A DNA stretch of 64,000 nucleotides from Saprospiraceae bacterium (GCA_040080915.1 JBEBHD010000001.1:83-64082), one strand, 5' to 3'. Counted from the stretch's first letter, positions 50,301 through 60,882 are shown. Translations and numbers: made by a program. The notes: a model not told the origin generated them from the letters alone.

Positions 50301-52608
50301 TTCCGGAATCAGTGATGCCAACTTGATCGTCACCCTGTACAACTGCCGCTTGTTTGGCAACACCGCCACCGGGCGCGGCGGCGCGCTCTGCTCTGGCCGC
50401 AACGATGGCTTGGGCTACACCCTGTGCGTCAACTCCACTTTTTACAACAACACCGCCCCGCAGGGCGGCGGCGGCGCGATGGGCACCTTGGATGTGCGGC
50501 CTAACCAGGCAGTTCCCGCGCTCATCAACTGCATCGCTTGGGGCAACTCCTCCACCTTCGGCCAAACGGCTGGCGGTCAGGGCGGGCTGAGCATCGAGTT
50601 CAGCCTCATACAAGAGGCCGCTTGCCCGACGGGCGCAACTTGTGGCAACGGCATGATTTACAACAAAAACCCGCTCTTCGTGAATGCAGCCGCCAACAAC
50701 TTCCACCTCCAAGCCTGCTCTCCGGCAGTGGATATGGCCGACATGGGCTATTCACCCGCCATTGATTTTGACAACATGGCGCGCCCGCAAAACGGCGGCT
50801 ACGACATGGGCGCGTTCGAGTACGTCGGCGTGCCATGCCTACCGGAGGCGAAGTGCAAAAATAGCACGGTCAACCTCAGCGCGGCAGGAACCGTCAGCGT
50901 CCCGGCAGGCAGTATTGACAACGGGAGCACCGGCTGCGAGCTGCAATTCCAGATCAACAACCAGAGCGCCCATATCTACACTTGTGCCAACGTCGGGGCC
51001 AACGTCGCCACGCTAACCGTCACCGACTGCAACAACAACACCGACGATTGCACGGCCACTGTGACCGTGGTGGATAACATCGCGCCTACCATTACCTGCC
51101 CCGGCCCCGTCAGCGTGTCCTGTACCGGCAACGCCCCCGTCAACCTCGCTTCGGTCACCGCTAATGACAACTGCGGCTCACCGGCCAAATCGCACGTCGG
51201 CGACGTAAGCTCCAACCAAACCTGCGTCAACCGCAAAACTATCACCCGAACCTACCGCGCCACCGATGGCTCCGGCAACAGCATCACCTGCGCCCAGATT
51301 ATCACCGTGTACGACGACGTAAAACCGAACTTCTCCTCACTGCCCGCCAACGTGACCGTTCAGTGCAACAGTGTGCCCGCTGCGGGTAGTCCTGCGGCCT
51401 CCGACGGCTGCGGCGGCACGGTGACCATTGCCTACAACGGCCAGACTACCGTGCCCGGCGCTTGCCTGGATGCCTATACGATCACCCGCCAATGGACGGC
51501 CACCGATGCCTGCGGCAACACGAAAACCGCCACGCAACGCATCACGGTAGTGGATACGCAAAAGCCCAATTTCACTGGCACGCCAGCCAATATCACGGTG
51601 CAGTGCAGCGCCATCCCGAACCCGGCTACTCCCACGGCAACTGATAACTGCGATGCGGTAGTAGCCATTACCTACAACGGCCAAACGACCACCGCCGGCA
51701 CTTGCGCCAATGCCTACACGCTGACCCGAACCTGGACTGCCACCGACAACTGCGGCAATACGCGCACCATTACGCAGCGCATTGCGGTGGTGGACAACGG
51801 CAAACCGGTGTTCACGTCATTCCCGGAAAACACTACCATCACTTGCAATGAAACACCGCCAGCAGTGGGCAACCCCACGGCTTCGGACGGATGCGGAAAC
51901 ACCACCGTGACGTACCTCGGCCAATCCTCCACGGGCGGTTCGTGCCCGGGCAACCATCAACTCAAACGTACCTGGCGCGCTACCGATGCCTGTGGCAACA
52001 GCACCGTGGCCACGCAAACGATCCAGGTGTCGGATGTTGGAGCACCGGAGTTCACCTCGGTACCCGGACCGCTCACCATCGAGTGCACCGACCCGCTGCC
52101 GCCGCTCGTGAACCCGACGGCCACGGATGCCTGCAGCGGGTATGTACACATCACCTTCCTCGGCAATGCGGCCTCCGGCAGCGGTTGCTCGGCGGACTAC
52201 ATCATCACGCGCACCTGGCGGGCTGATGATTTGTGCGGAAATACGGCTACGACGACTCAGGTGGTCACCGTGCTGGGGAATAATTACGGAGAAGAAGGCA
52301 CGGAAAACCGGGATGCGATCAGACAACCGACGGAGGACGGGCGACCACTAGTATCTTCCATACGGGTACATCCGAATCCGACGACGGATCGGGTTTGGCT
52401 CGACCTGACGGACTATGCTGGCGAAGCTATCACGGTTTCGATTTTTAGCGATTTGGGGCAGTTGATTTGGGAAAACCGGATTCCGGCTGTGGAAGATTTG
52501 AAAATGTCGGTCAGCCTGCTTGAAGCGGGCGCAAAGGCGGGAATGTACACCGTCAGCGTGAACTCGGCATGCGGAGTAATGGCGAAGCGGATGGTGCTGG
52601 TGGAGTAA
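47320..52608 (+). CDS. Giant T9SS cargo protein 3: duplicated right-handed parallel beta-helix head (polymorphic-membrane-protein / choice-of-anchor-Q-like) + HYR-like stalk + T9SS sorting domain
   Basis: Signal peptide MKYLFATLLFLAAFTAQTSA. Two ~570-aa modules, each beginning GxSWGxAF..LQxA....EIWVAEGTYLPT..WAGNT.RH.TFFVN.DVK.FGGF.GTE..RD.RDWVAHPTILSGDLG and continuing with GGA(I/M/V)(Y/F)N / C(T/A)F..N repeats. HYR-like stalk from about 51075. C-terminal VHPNPTTDRVWLDL...GMYTVSVNS...MVLVE. Confidence 0.8.
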   Translation: MKYLFATLLFLAAFTAQTSAAIWYVNPNGSDANTGDSWGAAFQNVQTAISASTDGDEIWVAEGTYLPTLMWAGNTNRHRTFFVNFDVKLFGGFTGAETMRDQRDWVAHPTILSGDLGVQDNFSDNAYHVVWINGRSSAMELDGFTITKGMCDGLNSNVNDRGAGIYNTAENYNSTPTIRNCTVTGNFGGSFGYGAGMYNYGAHDASATLTDCTFFGNAETEDGGAMYNYAASQGIASPVLTNCAFTNNSAGYGGAVANKAEYGGVCAPVLTNCTFNNNYALVNGGAMFNWDNISAPVLNNCTFSTNSAGNQGGAIFHQAEILTLNNCSLNNNTAENGGGLLVLAGGVLATDCTFSGNTATMTSGGAVDIWGFPSEAFTFLRCTFSDNSATNGGAVSLDIDYTLTLEALFDRCTFSGNSATNGGALYTAGSHDAGTLNVTLLNCRLFDNTAGERGGAFCSGGNYGSGFSKMYHCTFYNNTATLGGGAVGTSNYIANQPTPSLHNCIAWNNSSTFGQTVNGQGGVLIQYSLIQESGCPTGAGCGVSLYNLDPLFINVAAHDFHLQSNSPAKNTGANVPVTQDFDGTSRPQGPAFDMGAFEVPVVCPPGPVVFVDKDATSGADNGTSWGDAFVHLQDALDAAADCPGTVEEIWVAEGTYLPTAMWAGNTDRHKTFFVNHDVKIFGGFDGTEILRDERDWVAHPTILSGDLGVANNMADNTYHVVWIEGRSSAMELDGFTITKGKLHHSDQIHSWGAGIYNNADHQASTPTIRNCTITGNEGNTNTRGAGMFNKGYFGDASPTMTDCTFSNNTVPGNSNGGAMYNYAFGPTGIASPVMTDCAFTNNYAAFRGGVLYNSVENSGTCAPVLTDCTFTGNTTTYQSGGAIYHVGQELTLDNCTFTNNSAFIGGAIGVTQGFVTATDCSFLGNSAPANSGAVSISGADVTSTFTRCTFSNNSTPAKGGAVTVYSSFGSTLVVAFDRCTFSNNSAANGGAVYTSGISDANLIVTLYNCRLFGNTATGRGGALCSGRNDGLGYTLCVNSTFYNNTAPQGGGGAMGTLDVRPNQAVPALINCIAWGNSSTFGQTAGGQGGLSIEFSLIQEAACPTGATCGNGMIYNKNPLFVNAAANNFHLQACSPAVDMADMGYSPAIDFDNMARPQNGGYDMGAFEYVGVPCLPEAKCKNSTVNLSAAGTVSVPAGSIDNGSTGCELQFQINNQSAHIYTCANVGANVATLTVTDCNNNTDDCTATVTVVDNIAPTITCPGPVSVSCTGNAPVNLASVTANDNCGSPAKSHVGDVSSNQTCVNRKTITRTYRATDGSGNSITCAQIITVYDDVKPNFSSLPANVTVQCNSVPAAGSPAASDGCGGTVTIAYNGQTTVPGACLDAYTITRQWTATDACGNTKTATQRITVVDTQKPNFTGTPANITVQCSAIPNPATPTATDNCDAVVAITYNGQTTTAGTCANAYTLTRTWTATDNCGNTRTITQRIAVVDNGKPVFTSFPENTTITCNETPPAVGNPTASDGCGNTTVTYLGQSSTGGSCPGNHQLKRTWRATDACGNSTVATQTIQVSDVGAPEFTSVPGPLTIECTDPLPPLVNPTATDACSGYVHITFLGNAASGSGCSADYIITRTWRADDLCGNTATTTQVVTVLGNNYGEEGTENRDAIRQPTEDGRPLVSSIRVHPNPTTDRVWLDLTDYAGEAITVSIFSDLGQLIWENRIPAVEDLKMSVSLLEAGAKAGMYTVSVNSACGVMAKRMVLVE

Positions 52609-52686
52609 AACCAATTGAAAACTTGACGGTGTGCGGTTTACTTTTGCATCTGATATTCCCCGATAGTTAATTATCCCGCCGCCCGG

Positions 52687-55600
52687 ATGCTCAAGTGCCT
52701 GCTCCTCATACGGAATTCATACGGTAGACACCGGTGGCTGTTATCCGGTTCCTGGCTGTGCGGCATGCTGTTTTTCCATGTCTTTCGGCTGCACAGCCAG
52801 GACATGAGCCAACTCACGCACTTTTCCACCGCAGACGGCCTCCCGGCCAATCAAATCCAAAAGGTGGAATCCGACTCGGAAGGCTTTATCTGGGCACAGA
52901 CCCGGCTGGGGCCAGCGCGGTACGACGGCCGCCGTTTTGTGCCGCTTACAGATCTGCACCCGGACATTGGCCTGCCGAAGCAGGGTTTTACTTACATGCT
53001 GATTGACGGGCACGACCACATGTGGATCAGCACAACCATTGGCTTGTACCGGATTTCACTGGCGACGTTCGAGTCGGTGTTTTATAAAAAAAACCTGACA
53101 CCCCACTGCACCGACGCACAAGGAAACACCTGGTTTACGTCGGCAAAAAATATGGTTCGGTACCAATGGAAACAGGGTGTATTTCAGGAATTGCCCCTTG
53201 TCAAAAATGGCGATACCCTTGCAGTACACGCAGTTTTCCAAGGCAGGGAAAATCTGATGATTGTTCGGGCTTTGAACCGGTTTTATCGGTACCACACCGA
53301 AAAGCAAACGTTTGAGCCGCTTCAGGCCTTGCCGCCGGCAGATGTCAACTCCGCGCTTGTTGGAGCTCCGGATGCGGGCGGTATGCTTTGGCTTTCTATC
53401 TGGTACCGCAAAACGGGCGGGTTGGTGCATTACGACCCGTACCGGGATACGGTGTTGCGCAGTTTCGGCAGTACCACACACCCCGTCGCTGGCACCGACA
53501 TCAACGCCATGTTACCGGTCAGCGACCGGGTCTGGCTGGCCACCAATTCCGGCGGCTTGTGCAGGTATTCCCTGTCGGAAAACCGGTTTCACAGGTACCC
53601 GTCGGATGATAAAAACCCGAACGGACTATGGCCCCAACAACTGACAGAAGTGTTTCAGGATGCTTTTGGAAACCTCTGGGTGGGCACCCTGTTCGGCCTG
53701 TACATGGCGCCGGCAAACAGGCAGACGACACAACTGTTAGCATACGCGCCATTTAATCCCAATAGTCTGGTATCGCGGCCGGTTACATGCCAGGAGTTCA
53801 TCACCGACACCCTCCTGGCTATCGGTACCATGAACGGCTTAAGCCTGTATGACCGACACCGCAAAACCTACCTGAACCGGCACTTGCCCCTCTACAACGA
53901 CAACCCCTACAATGACCAGATCCGGGCCTTCGCCCGGGATGCGCCCGGCAGTTTTTGGGTGGCCAGTTGGTCAGGGTTGTATCGTTTGAACAGCCGGAAC
54001 GGACAGGTGCTGGAGTATTATATTACGCACCCCAATGCTGGCGACAACCATCCGGCTGCCGTAAAAAAGCAGGATTTGGGGGCAATTTACCGGCTCTTTA
54101 AAGACCGTGAGGGTATCCTGTGGGCCAGTACCTTCACGGAAGAGCTGATCCGCATTACAGGGACTGCCGATGCCCGCCGGTTTGAGTTTCTGAACCGGGT
54201 GGAAAAAAACAGGCAACTATTGGTCAACCGGGTGGAATGTATGCTCGACCTGGACGAACAGCGCCTGCTGCTCGGCACAGCCGACGGCCTCTTGCTGTTC
54301 GACCGCCCGACGCAGCAGTTGCACGCGGTTGCGGTTACGTTCCCGGCCCTGGAGCCACCTGTGGCAATATCGGGTATGGTACGCTCCCGGCAGGGCGATG
54401 TGTTGCTCCTTGCGAAAAATATGCCTTTTCGCTTGCGGCTAAATGGCGCTTCCGGCACCGCCACTCCGATCCCCAGCCCGCTGAACCTGAAACCCTGCCA
54501 GCAGATCATCGAAGACGATGCTGGTGCCGTATGGCTTACGCAGGAAGACGGTGTCGTACAACTTGATGCCGGCAAAAATATCGGGTGCCTGTACGACTCC
54601 CGCCACTTCCTGCTCGAAAACGTGCTGGCCGTCCGGCCACCATTTCCTCCGGTAAAAGACCACGACGGCAACCTGTATTTCGGTGGCGTTCGGGGTGTCA
54701 CAGTATTGAACCCGGAGCATTTTTCCAGCAGGCAAACAGCCCTGCCCGTCCTCAAAATCACCGGGCTGAAAGTAAACGGGGTGGTTTTTGTGCCGGACAG
54801 TTCGATTTCCCGCACCCAAACACTGGCTTTGTCCTGGAAACAGGCCAACCTCGGGTTCGAGTTTTCGGTGCTGAATGCAACGGTACCCGCGCTCTGCCGG
54901 TTTGCCTACAGCCTCGATGGAGCCAATACAGTAGATTTGGGGAGCCAAAACACGGTAAACCTCAGCAACCTCTCTCCCGGGAAGTACCAGCTGCATGTGA
55001 CGGCTACCAACAGCGACGGTGTCTGGAACCGGCAGGGCGTCATGCTCCGAATCGTGATTCGTCCACCCTGGTGGCGCAGCGGCTGGGCGTACCTTGCCTA
55101 TGTGTTGTTGCTGGGGTACTCGGTCTTTTGGCTCTACCGGTTCCAACTGCGCCAAAAACTGGCGAAGCAGGAAGCGGTGCAATTGCGGGAAATGGATGCG
55201 TTCAAAAGCCGGTTTTTCACCAACATCACCCACGAGTTCCGCACGCCGCTGACGGTGATTTTGGGCATGACCGAACGGGTGCTGAGTGACGGGGTGACTT
55301 CGAGTCACCCCGTCACTATTGCCCAGCCCCTCGCCCTCATCCGGCGCAACGGCGAAAATCTGTTGCGCCTCATCAACCAAATCCTCGATTTGTCGAAATT
55401 AGAAAGCAAGGCCCTGAAGATCAACTACGTGCAGGGCGATGCCCTGGCCTACCTGCGCTACATTGCCGAAAGCCTGCAATCGCTGGCGAATGCACAAAAC
55501 CTGACGCTGTATGTGGGCAGTGATCAGGACAGTATCGTCATGGATTACGACCCGGAGCGGCTCCTGCAAATCGTGTACAACCTGCTGTCCAATGCCGTTA

Positions 55601-56793
55601 AATTCACACCGGCAGGCGGGAAAGTGGTTTTGCGTGTAACGTCGAAAGAGTTAAAAAACCTGCCGACATTGACGGTAACTGTGTCCGACACCGGTATCGG
55701 CATTCCGGCGCACGAACTGCCGTTTTTGTTTGATCGCTTTTTTCAGGCAAACAATCAGGAGCGCTCCAAGGCTGGTGGCACGGGCATCGGGTTGTCTCTC
55801 ACGAAAGAACTGGTACTCGCGATGGGCGGCGATATTGCCGTAGAAAGCACGGTCGGGAAAGGAACGATGGTTACTGTTCATCTCCCGATTACGCGCGTCG
55901 GCCCTGCCCTCGCCCCAGCCACGACGGAGCGGGCAGCCATATTGGAAACCACGTCCCCTCTTCCGTTTGGAACTGGAATTGACACACGATCAGATTCATC
56001 AGTCAATATGCATCATTCATCATTGCCCCACCTGCTGATCATTGAGGACAATCCGGATGTCATGGCGTATGTGGTCGCTTGCCTGCAAAGCGAGTACCGG
56101 ATTGACTGTGCATACAATGGCCGGGAAGGCATTGAAAAAGCCGTGGAAACAATACCCGACCTCATCCTCAGCGACGTGATGATGCCGGAAAAAGACGGCC
56201 TCGAAGTGTGCGATGCGTTGAAAAACGACGAGCGCACCAGCCACATTCCCATCGTGCTGCTTACCGCCAAAGCCGATGTGGAGAGCCGCCTGGCCGGTTT
56301 GCGACGCGGTGCGGATGCCTACTTGTCGAAACCGTTTCACCAGGAAGAATTGCAGCTCACGCTGACCAATTTGCTGGAACGGCGCAGGAAATGGCAGGAG
56401 CGTTTTGCAGGACTGGGACTGGTATCCGGCCCGGCTGCACCGGCTACGCCCGATGTGCCCAAAGCCGACCTGGAACTGGAAGACGCTTTCCTGAAAAAAA
56501 TCCGCGAACAGCTCGAGCAGCACCTCGCCGATGCCGACTTCGACGGCCCGCGCCTCGCCCGCGCCATGCTCCTGAGCGAGGTGCAGTTGTATCGCAAGAT
56601 CAAAGCCCTGACGGGTAAATCCACAGCAATTTACATGCGCAGTATCCGCCTGCACAAGGGACTTGAGTTGTTGCGCAGCACCAGCCTCACCGTGTCCGAA
56701 ATTGCCTACGATGTCGGGTTTGAAGACCCCAACTATTTTTCGCGGACCTTTTCCCAGGAGTTCGGGATAGCGCCGAGCGAAGTGCGCAAGTAG
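52687..56793 (+). CDS. Hybrid two-component system protein (HTCS-3): propeller/Y_Y_Y, HisKA/HATPase, REC, AraC HTH
   Basis: FSTADGLPANQIQKVESDSEGFIWAQT. PGKYQLHVTATNSDGVW. H-box ITHEFRTPLTVILGMT. GTGIGLSLTKELV. REC (LLIIEDNPD...ILSDVMMPEKDG...LTAK). AraC HTH (GFEDPNYFSRTFSQEFGIAPSEVRK). Confidence 0.9.
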   Translation: MLKCLLLIRNSYGRHRWLLSGSWLCGMLFFHVFRLHSQDMSQLTHFSTADGLPANQIQKVESDSEGFIWAQTRLGPARYDGRRFVPLTDLHPDIGLPKQGFTYMLIDGHDHMWISTTIGLYRISLATFESVFYKKNLTPHCTDAQGNTWFTSAKNMVRYQWKQGVFQELPLVKNGDTLAVHAVFQGRENLMIVRALNRFYRYHTEKQTFEPLQALPPADVNSALVGAPDAGGMLWLSIWYRKTGGLVHYDPYRDTVLRSFGSTTHPVAGTDINAMLPVSDRVWLATNSGGLCRYSLSENRFHRYPSDDKNPNGLWPQQLTEVFQDAFGNLWVGTLFGLYMAPANRQTTQLLAYAPFNPNSLVSRPVTCQEFITDTLLAIGTMNGLSLYDRHRKTYLNRHLPLYNDNPYNDQIRAFARDAPGSFWVASWSGLYRLNSRNGQVLEYYITHPNAGDNHPAAVKKQDLGAIYRLFKDREGILWASTFTEELIRITGTADARRFEFLNRVEKNRQLLVNRVECMLDLDEQRLLLGTADGLLLFDRPTQQLHAVAVTFPALEPPVAISGMVRSRQGDVLLLAKNMPFRLRLNGASGTATPIPSPLNLKPCQQIIEDDAGAVWLTQEDGVVQLDAGKNIGCLYDSRHFLLENVLAVRPPFPPVKDHDGNLYFGGVRGVTVLNPEHFSSRQTALPVLKITGLKVNGVVFVPDSSISRTQTLALSWKQANLGFEFSVLNATVPALCRFAYSLDGANTVDLGSQNTVNLSNLSPGKYQLHVTATNSDGVWNRQGVMLRIVIRPPWWRSGWAYLAYVLLLGYSVFWLYRFQLRQKLAKQEAVQLREMDAFKSRFFTNITHEFRTPLTVILGMTERVLSDGVTSSHPVTIAQPLALIRRNGENLLRLINQILDLSKLESKALKINYVQGDALAYLRYIAESLQSLANAQNLTLYVGSDQDSIVMDYDPERLLQIVYNLLSNAVKFTPAGGKVVLRVTSKELKNLPTLTVTVSDTGIGIPAHELPFLFDRFFQANNQERSKAGGTGIGLSLTKELVLAMGGDIAVESTVGKGTMVTVHLPITRVGPALAPATTERAAILETTSPLPFGTGIDTRSDSSVNMHHSSLPHLLIIEDNPDVMAYVVACLQSEYRIDCAYNGREGIEKAVETIPDLILSDVMMPEKDGLEVCDALKNDERTSHIPIVLLTAKADVESRLAGLRRGADAYLSKPFHQEELQLTLTNLLERRRKWQERFAGLGLVSGPAAPATPDVPKADLELEDAFLKKIREQLEQHLADADFDGPRLARAMLLSEVQLYRKIKALTGKSTAIYMRSIRLHKGLELLRSTSLTVSEIAYDVGFEDPNYFSRTFSQEFGIAPSEVRK

Positions 56794-57009
56794 CCAAAAA
56801 GGATGTCACAGCGGTTCACATGAAAGAATAGTCCAGCCTTTTGAAAGAATGGTGAAGGCCCGCCCGGGGCTGCTCCCAACACCTTTGTCTCCGTACAACG
56901 AAAGTTCATTTCCGACACTTTTCGGGCGGGTGTAGCGCACTTCGGTGCACTGCTCCGCCCGGTTCGGAAAGGACTCTCGGCAATTTTTTCACACAAAAAA
57001 ATTTCGGAG

Positions 57010-60000
57010 ATGACACACAAACTTTTGCTTTCACTTTTGCTGCTTTTTGCCGCCGCTGCCGCGCTGGCGCAACCCCACAAAATATGGAATGGCTCGGCCA
57101 GCACCGACTGGAATAATGCCGCCAACTGGACACCCGCGGCGGTGCCGGTTGCTGGCGACTCGGTTTGGATATTAGTGCTTCCGGGCAAATTCCAACCCAC
57201 TATTTTTTCAGGGACGATGGCCAAGGCGAAAAACGTGTTTGTCAGTTACCAGGACCACCTGACCATCAACGCTGGCGCTGAACTGGAGTTGGCCAGTACC
57301 TTGAACGTGACGGCTCTTTATATTAGTGACCAAGCCGCTGTAACGAACAATGGTACGCTGAAGGCCAAGTCTGGTTTCCACGGGATTGACATTAACGGCT
57401 CCCTGATCAACAACGGCACAGTCGTGGTCGGGCAGCCGGGCTCCAGCCCGTATTCCACCGGGGAAGAGGGTATCCGGGTATTGGGGGGAGGCCGCCATTT
57501 GACCAACAACAGTACCGGTACCATCACCATTTACCGGCCAGCCAACAACGGCATCCTGCTCAATGCAACCGGCGCCACTATGACCAACCACGGAACGATC
57601 ACAATTTGGGAAACCGGGTTGAACCCTAACCCTGTAGTAGCAGCCACCGGCGACGGTATTGATGCGCGGGGTGGCACGTTTGTAAACGAAATCACCGGCG
57701 AGGTTTTTATCACCAAAACCAGCGCCAACGGACTCAACTGCCGAAATTCGAGCGGCAGCATGACCAATAAGGGCCAGATCACCATTCATAACGTCGGTCT
57801 GACGGACGAAAATGAACTCAAGGAAGGTATCTGGGTTGATTTGGCAACTTTCACCAATACGGCCACCGGTATGATCTGGATTGACACGACCGGAAACAAC
57901 GGCATTTCCAATCAGGGGTTTTTCAACAACAGCGGTGAAATATCCATTCGGAAAACGTCAAACGGCCTTGCCAACCTCATGGCGTTCAACAACCAAAGCG
58001 GGGCCATTCTGACGATCAACCATGTGGACAGATCGGGGTTGCTCTCCGGCGGGTTTGGAGGCATGGTCACCAACTTCGGCACGATCACGATTGACTCTGC
58101 GGCGGAAAACGGTGTGACAACCTTAGGATTCGGAGGAGTGGATAACCGCAGCATCCTAAACATCGGAAACGTCGGGTATATCGGCGAACACGGTATTCTG
58201 AACGGTGCCGGTTTTGTCAATCAATCCTCCGGTACTGTGACCATCAACCGCGCTGCCGACAGTGGCATCAAGAATGAAGTAACTATTGATGGGATTGCGC
58301 CGGATTTCATCAATGCCGGTCAGTTCACCATCGGCGGCGCGGGCGATGTCAATTCCGCCACCCCGGGCATCGAAAACCTGAACGAAGCCAAATTTCGCAA
58401 CCTGGGCTGCGGAAACCTGACAACCTACCAGGCTATTGTTAGCGCCGACAGTTTTGTGAACGAAGCGTTCCTGTTTATGCGCAGCAACCTGCCCAACACC
58501 ATCTCCGGCGACTTTATCAACAAGGGCATCATCCATGACCCCAACGACGGCTTCAACGGCGAACCGGTCACAAACCTCGATTTCATCATCAGCACCGCCG
58601 CCGGCGAATGCGTCATCGCCGATGCCCTGCAAAAAGGCACCGGCGCAAACGTCACCATCGCCGGAACCTGGTACAAAGACCAGGCCCTCACCATGCCTGC
58701 GGGTACGTACAGCCAGGCAGCCAACACCTTCACGGTCACAAACCTAAACGAAGGCACACATACCCTGTATTTCAGAGCCACCGACAATGCCTACGGATGC
58801 AGCACGGTCGTATCCATCGCAGTTACCTACGACGACGTGACTCCGCCTTCCATCACCTGCCCGATGGATGCCACGGTTTCCTGTGCCGGTCTGGTACCGG
58901 CGTACAACATCGGCTTGGTCACCGCAACCGACAACTGCGGAACGCCTGTCAAATCACATCAAGGCGACGAAATCAGTGATCAAACCTGTCCCAACCGCTA
59001 TACCCTGACCCGCACCTACCGGGCCGACGACAACCGGGGCAACACCAACACCTGCGAGCAGATAATAACCGTGTACGACGAAACCATTCCCACCTTTGCC
59101 GGCGTACCGAGCGACGTGACCGTGCAATGCAATGCCGTACCGCCACCGGCCAACCCTACCGCAACCGACAACTGTGGTGGAAACACGCCCGTTTCGTTTG
59201 AGCAGGAGCGCACCAACGGCGATTGCCCCTACCGATACACCCTGACACGAATCTGGACATCCACCGACCTGTGCGACAATACCGGCAACACGTCGCAGGT
59301 AATCACTGTGATTGATACGCAGGGGCCGACGTTTTCCGGCGTGCCGAACAACGTCACCGTGCAATGCAATGCCGTACCGCCGCCGGCCAACCCCACCGCT
59401 TCGGACAACTGTGCAACCGGCGTGAGCCTGTCGTACAACCAGGTGCGTACAAACGGCAACTGCCCCGATTCCTACATCCTGACCCGTACCTGGACATCGG
59501 CCGACTCTTGCGGCAATGTGAACACGGCTACACAGGTGATTACCGTGCGCGATACGCAGGCGCCGACGTTCACCAGCGTGCCGGGCAACGTGACCGTGCA
59601 ATGCAATTCAGTACCTGCACCGGGTTCTGCAACAGCTACGGACAACTGCGACGCATCGGCAGCCGTAACCTACAACGGCCAGACGCGACAGGATGGATCC
59701 TGCGCCGACACATACACGCTCATCCGGCAGTGGACAGCCACGGACAACTGCGGCAATACCAAGACCGCCACACAGCGTATCACGGTGCGCGATACACAAA
59801 AGCCGGCCTTCACCAGCACGCCAGCCCACATCACTGTGCAGTGCGACGCCGTGCCGGCACCTGCTGTACCTGCGGCATCCGACAACTGCGATGCCGATGT
59901 CGCCGTGACATACAACGGCCAGACACAAACCGCCGGCTCCTGCCCCAACGCCTACACCATCACCCGCACGTGGACTGCCGCCGACAACTGCGGCAACACC

Positions 60001-60837
60001 AAAACCGTCACCCAGCGCATTTCGGTTGTGGACAACGGCAAGCCGGTGTTCACATCCTTCCCGGAAAACACCACCATCGCCTGCGACGAAACACCGCCCG
60101 AAGTGGGAACGCCCACGGCTTCGGACGGATGCGGAAACGCCACAGTCACCTACCTTGGCCAAAGCACGACGAGCGGAAACTGTCCGGGTAATTATCAGAT
60201 CAAACGCACCTGGCGCGCCACCGACGCCTGCGGCAACAGCACCGCAGCCACACAGACCATCCAGGTGGTGGACAATGATGCGCCAGTGTTCACTTCCGTG
60301 CCAGGCCCGGTCACCATCGAGTGCAATCAGCCACTGCCCCCAATTGTGAACCCGGCAGCCACGGATGCCTGCGGCGGGTATGTGACAATTATGTTCCTGG
60401 GGAACGATCCTTCGGGAAGCGGTTGTGCACAGGACTACACGATCACCCGCACCTGGGAGGCCGTGGACTTATGCGGAAATACCACCACGACGACGCAAGT
60501 GATTACCGTGCTGGGGAATAACTATGGAGAAGAAGGCGCGGAAAGCCGGGAGCAGAGCGCTCAACTCAACACTCAACACTCAAAACTCGTAACTGTCAAC
60601 CCAAATCCGACCACAGATCGGGTTTGGATTGACCTGGCAGATTTTGCCGACGAGGCGGTGACGATTTCGATTTTCGGGGATTTGGGGCAGTTGGTTTGGG
60701 AAAACCACATACCGGCTGTGGAGGAACAAAAACTATCCGTGAGCCTGCGCGAAACAGGCGCTGCGGCGGGGATGTACACCGTCAGCGTGCGGAGTGTGCG
60801 TGGTGTAGCGACGAAGCGGGTGGTGCTGATAGATTGA
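57010..60837 (+). CDS. T9SS cargo protein 4: beta-helix-like NNGT repeat head + extended HYR-like stalk (about 7 modules) + T9SS sorting domain
   Basis: Signal peptide MTHKLLLSLLLLFAAAAALAQ. The head resembles cargo 1 (WNGSASTDWNNAANWTP...TNNGT...). Stalk from about 58845. C-terminal VNPNPTTDRVWIDL...GMYTVSVRS...VVLID. Confidence 0.8.
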   Translation: MTHKLLLSLLLLFAAAAALAQPHKIWNGSASTDWNNAANWTPAAVPVAGDSVWILVLPGKFQPTIFSGTMAKAKNVFVSYQDHLTINAGAELELASTLNVTALYISDQAAVTNNGTLKAKSGFHGIDINGSLINNGTVVVGQPGSSPYSTGEEGIRVLGGGRHLTNNSTGTITIYRPANNGILLNATGATMTNHGTITIWETGLNPNPVVAATGDGIDARGGTFVNEITGEVFITKTSANGLNCRNSSGSMTNKGQITIHNVGLTDENELKEGIWVDLATFTNTATGMIWIDTTGNNGISNQGFFNNSGEISIRKTSNGLANLMAFNNQSGAILTINHVDRSGLLSGGFGGMVTNFGTITIDSAAENGVTTLGFGGVDNRSILNIGNVGYIGEHGILNGAGFVNQSSGTVTINRAADSGIKNEVTIDGIAPDFINAGQFTIGGAGDVNSATPGIENLNEAKFRNLGCGNLTTYQAIVSADSFVNEAFLFMRSNLPNTISGDFINKGIIHDPNDGFNGEPVTNLDFIISTAAGECVIADALQKGTGANVTIAGTWYKDQALTMPAGTYSQAANTFTVTNLNEGTHTLYFRATDNAYGCSTVVSIAVTYDDVTPPSITCPMDATVSCAGLVPAYNIGLVTATDNCGTPVKSHQGDEISDQTCPNRYTLTRTYRADDNRGNTNTCEQIITVYDETIPTFAGVPSDVTVQCNAVPPPANPTATDNCGGNTPVSFEQERTNGDCPYRYTLTRIWTSTDLCDNTGNTSQVITVIDTQGPTFSGVPNNVTVQCNAVPPPANPTASDNCATGVSLSYNQVRTNGNCPDSYILTRTWTSADSCGNVNTATQVITVRDTQAPTFTSVPGNVTVQCNSVPAPGSATATDNCDASAAVTYNGQTRQDGSCADTYTLIRQWTATDNCGNTKTATQRITVRDTQKPAFTSTPAHITVQCDAVPAPAVPAASDNCDADVAVTYNGQTQTAGSCPNAYTITRTWTAADNCGNTKTVTQRISVVDNGKPVFTSFPENTTIACDETPPEVGTPTASDGCGNATVTYLGQSTTSGNCPGNYQIKRTWRATDACGNSTAATQTIQVVDNDAPVFTSVPGPVTIECNQPLPPIVNPAATDACGGYVTIMFLGNDPSGSGCAQDYTITRTWEAVDLCGNTTTTTQVITVLGNNYGEEGAESREQSAQLNTQHSKLVTVNPNPTTDRVWIDLADFADEAVTISIFGDLGQLVWENHIPAVEEQKLSVSLRETGAAAGMYTVSVRSVRGVATKRVVLID

Positions 60838-60882
60838 TGCGATTTTTCCGCCCGTGGTTTTGAATTGGGGACGGAAGAAAGG

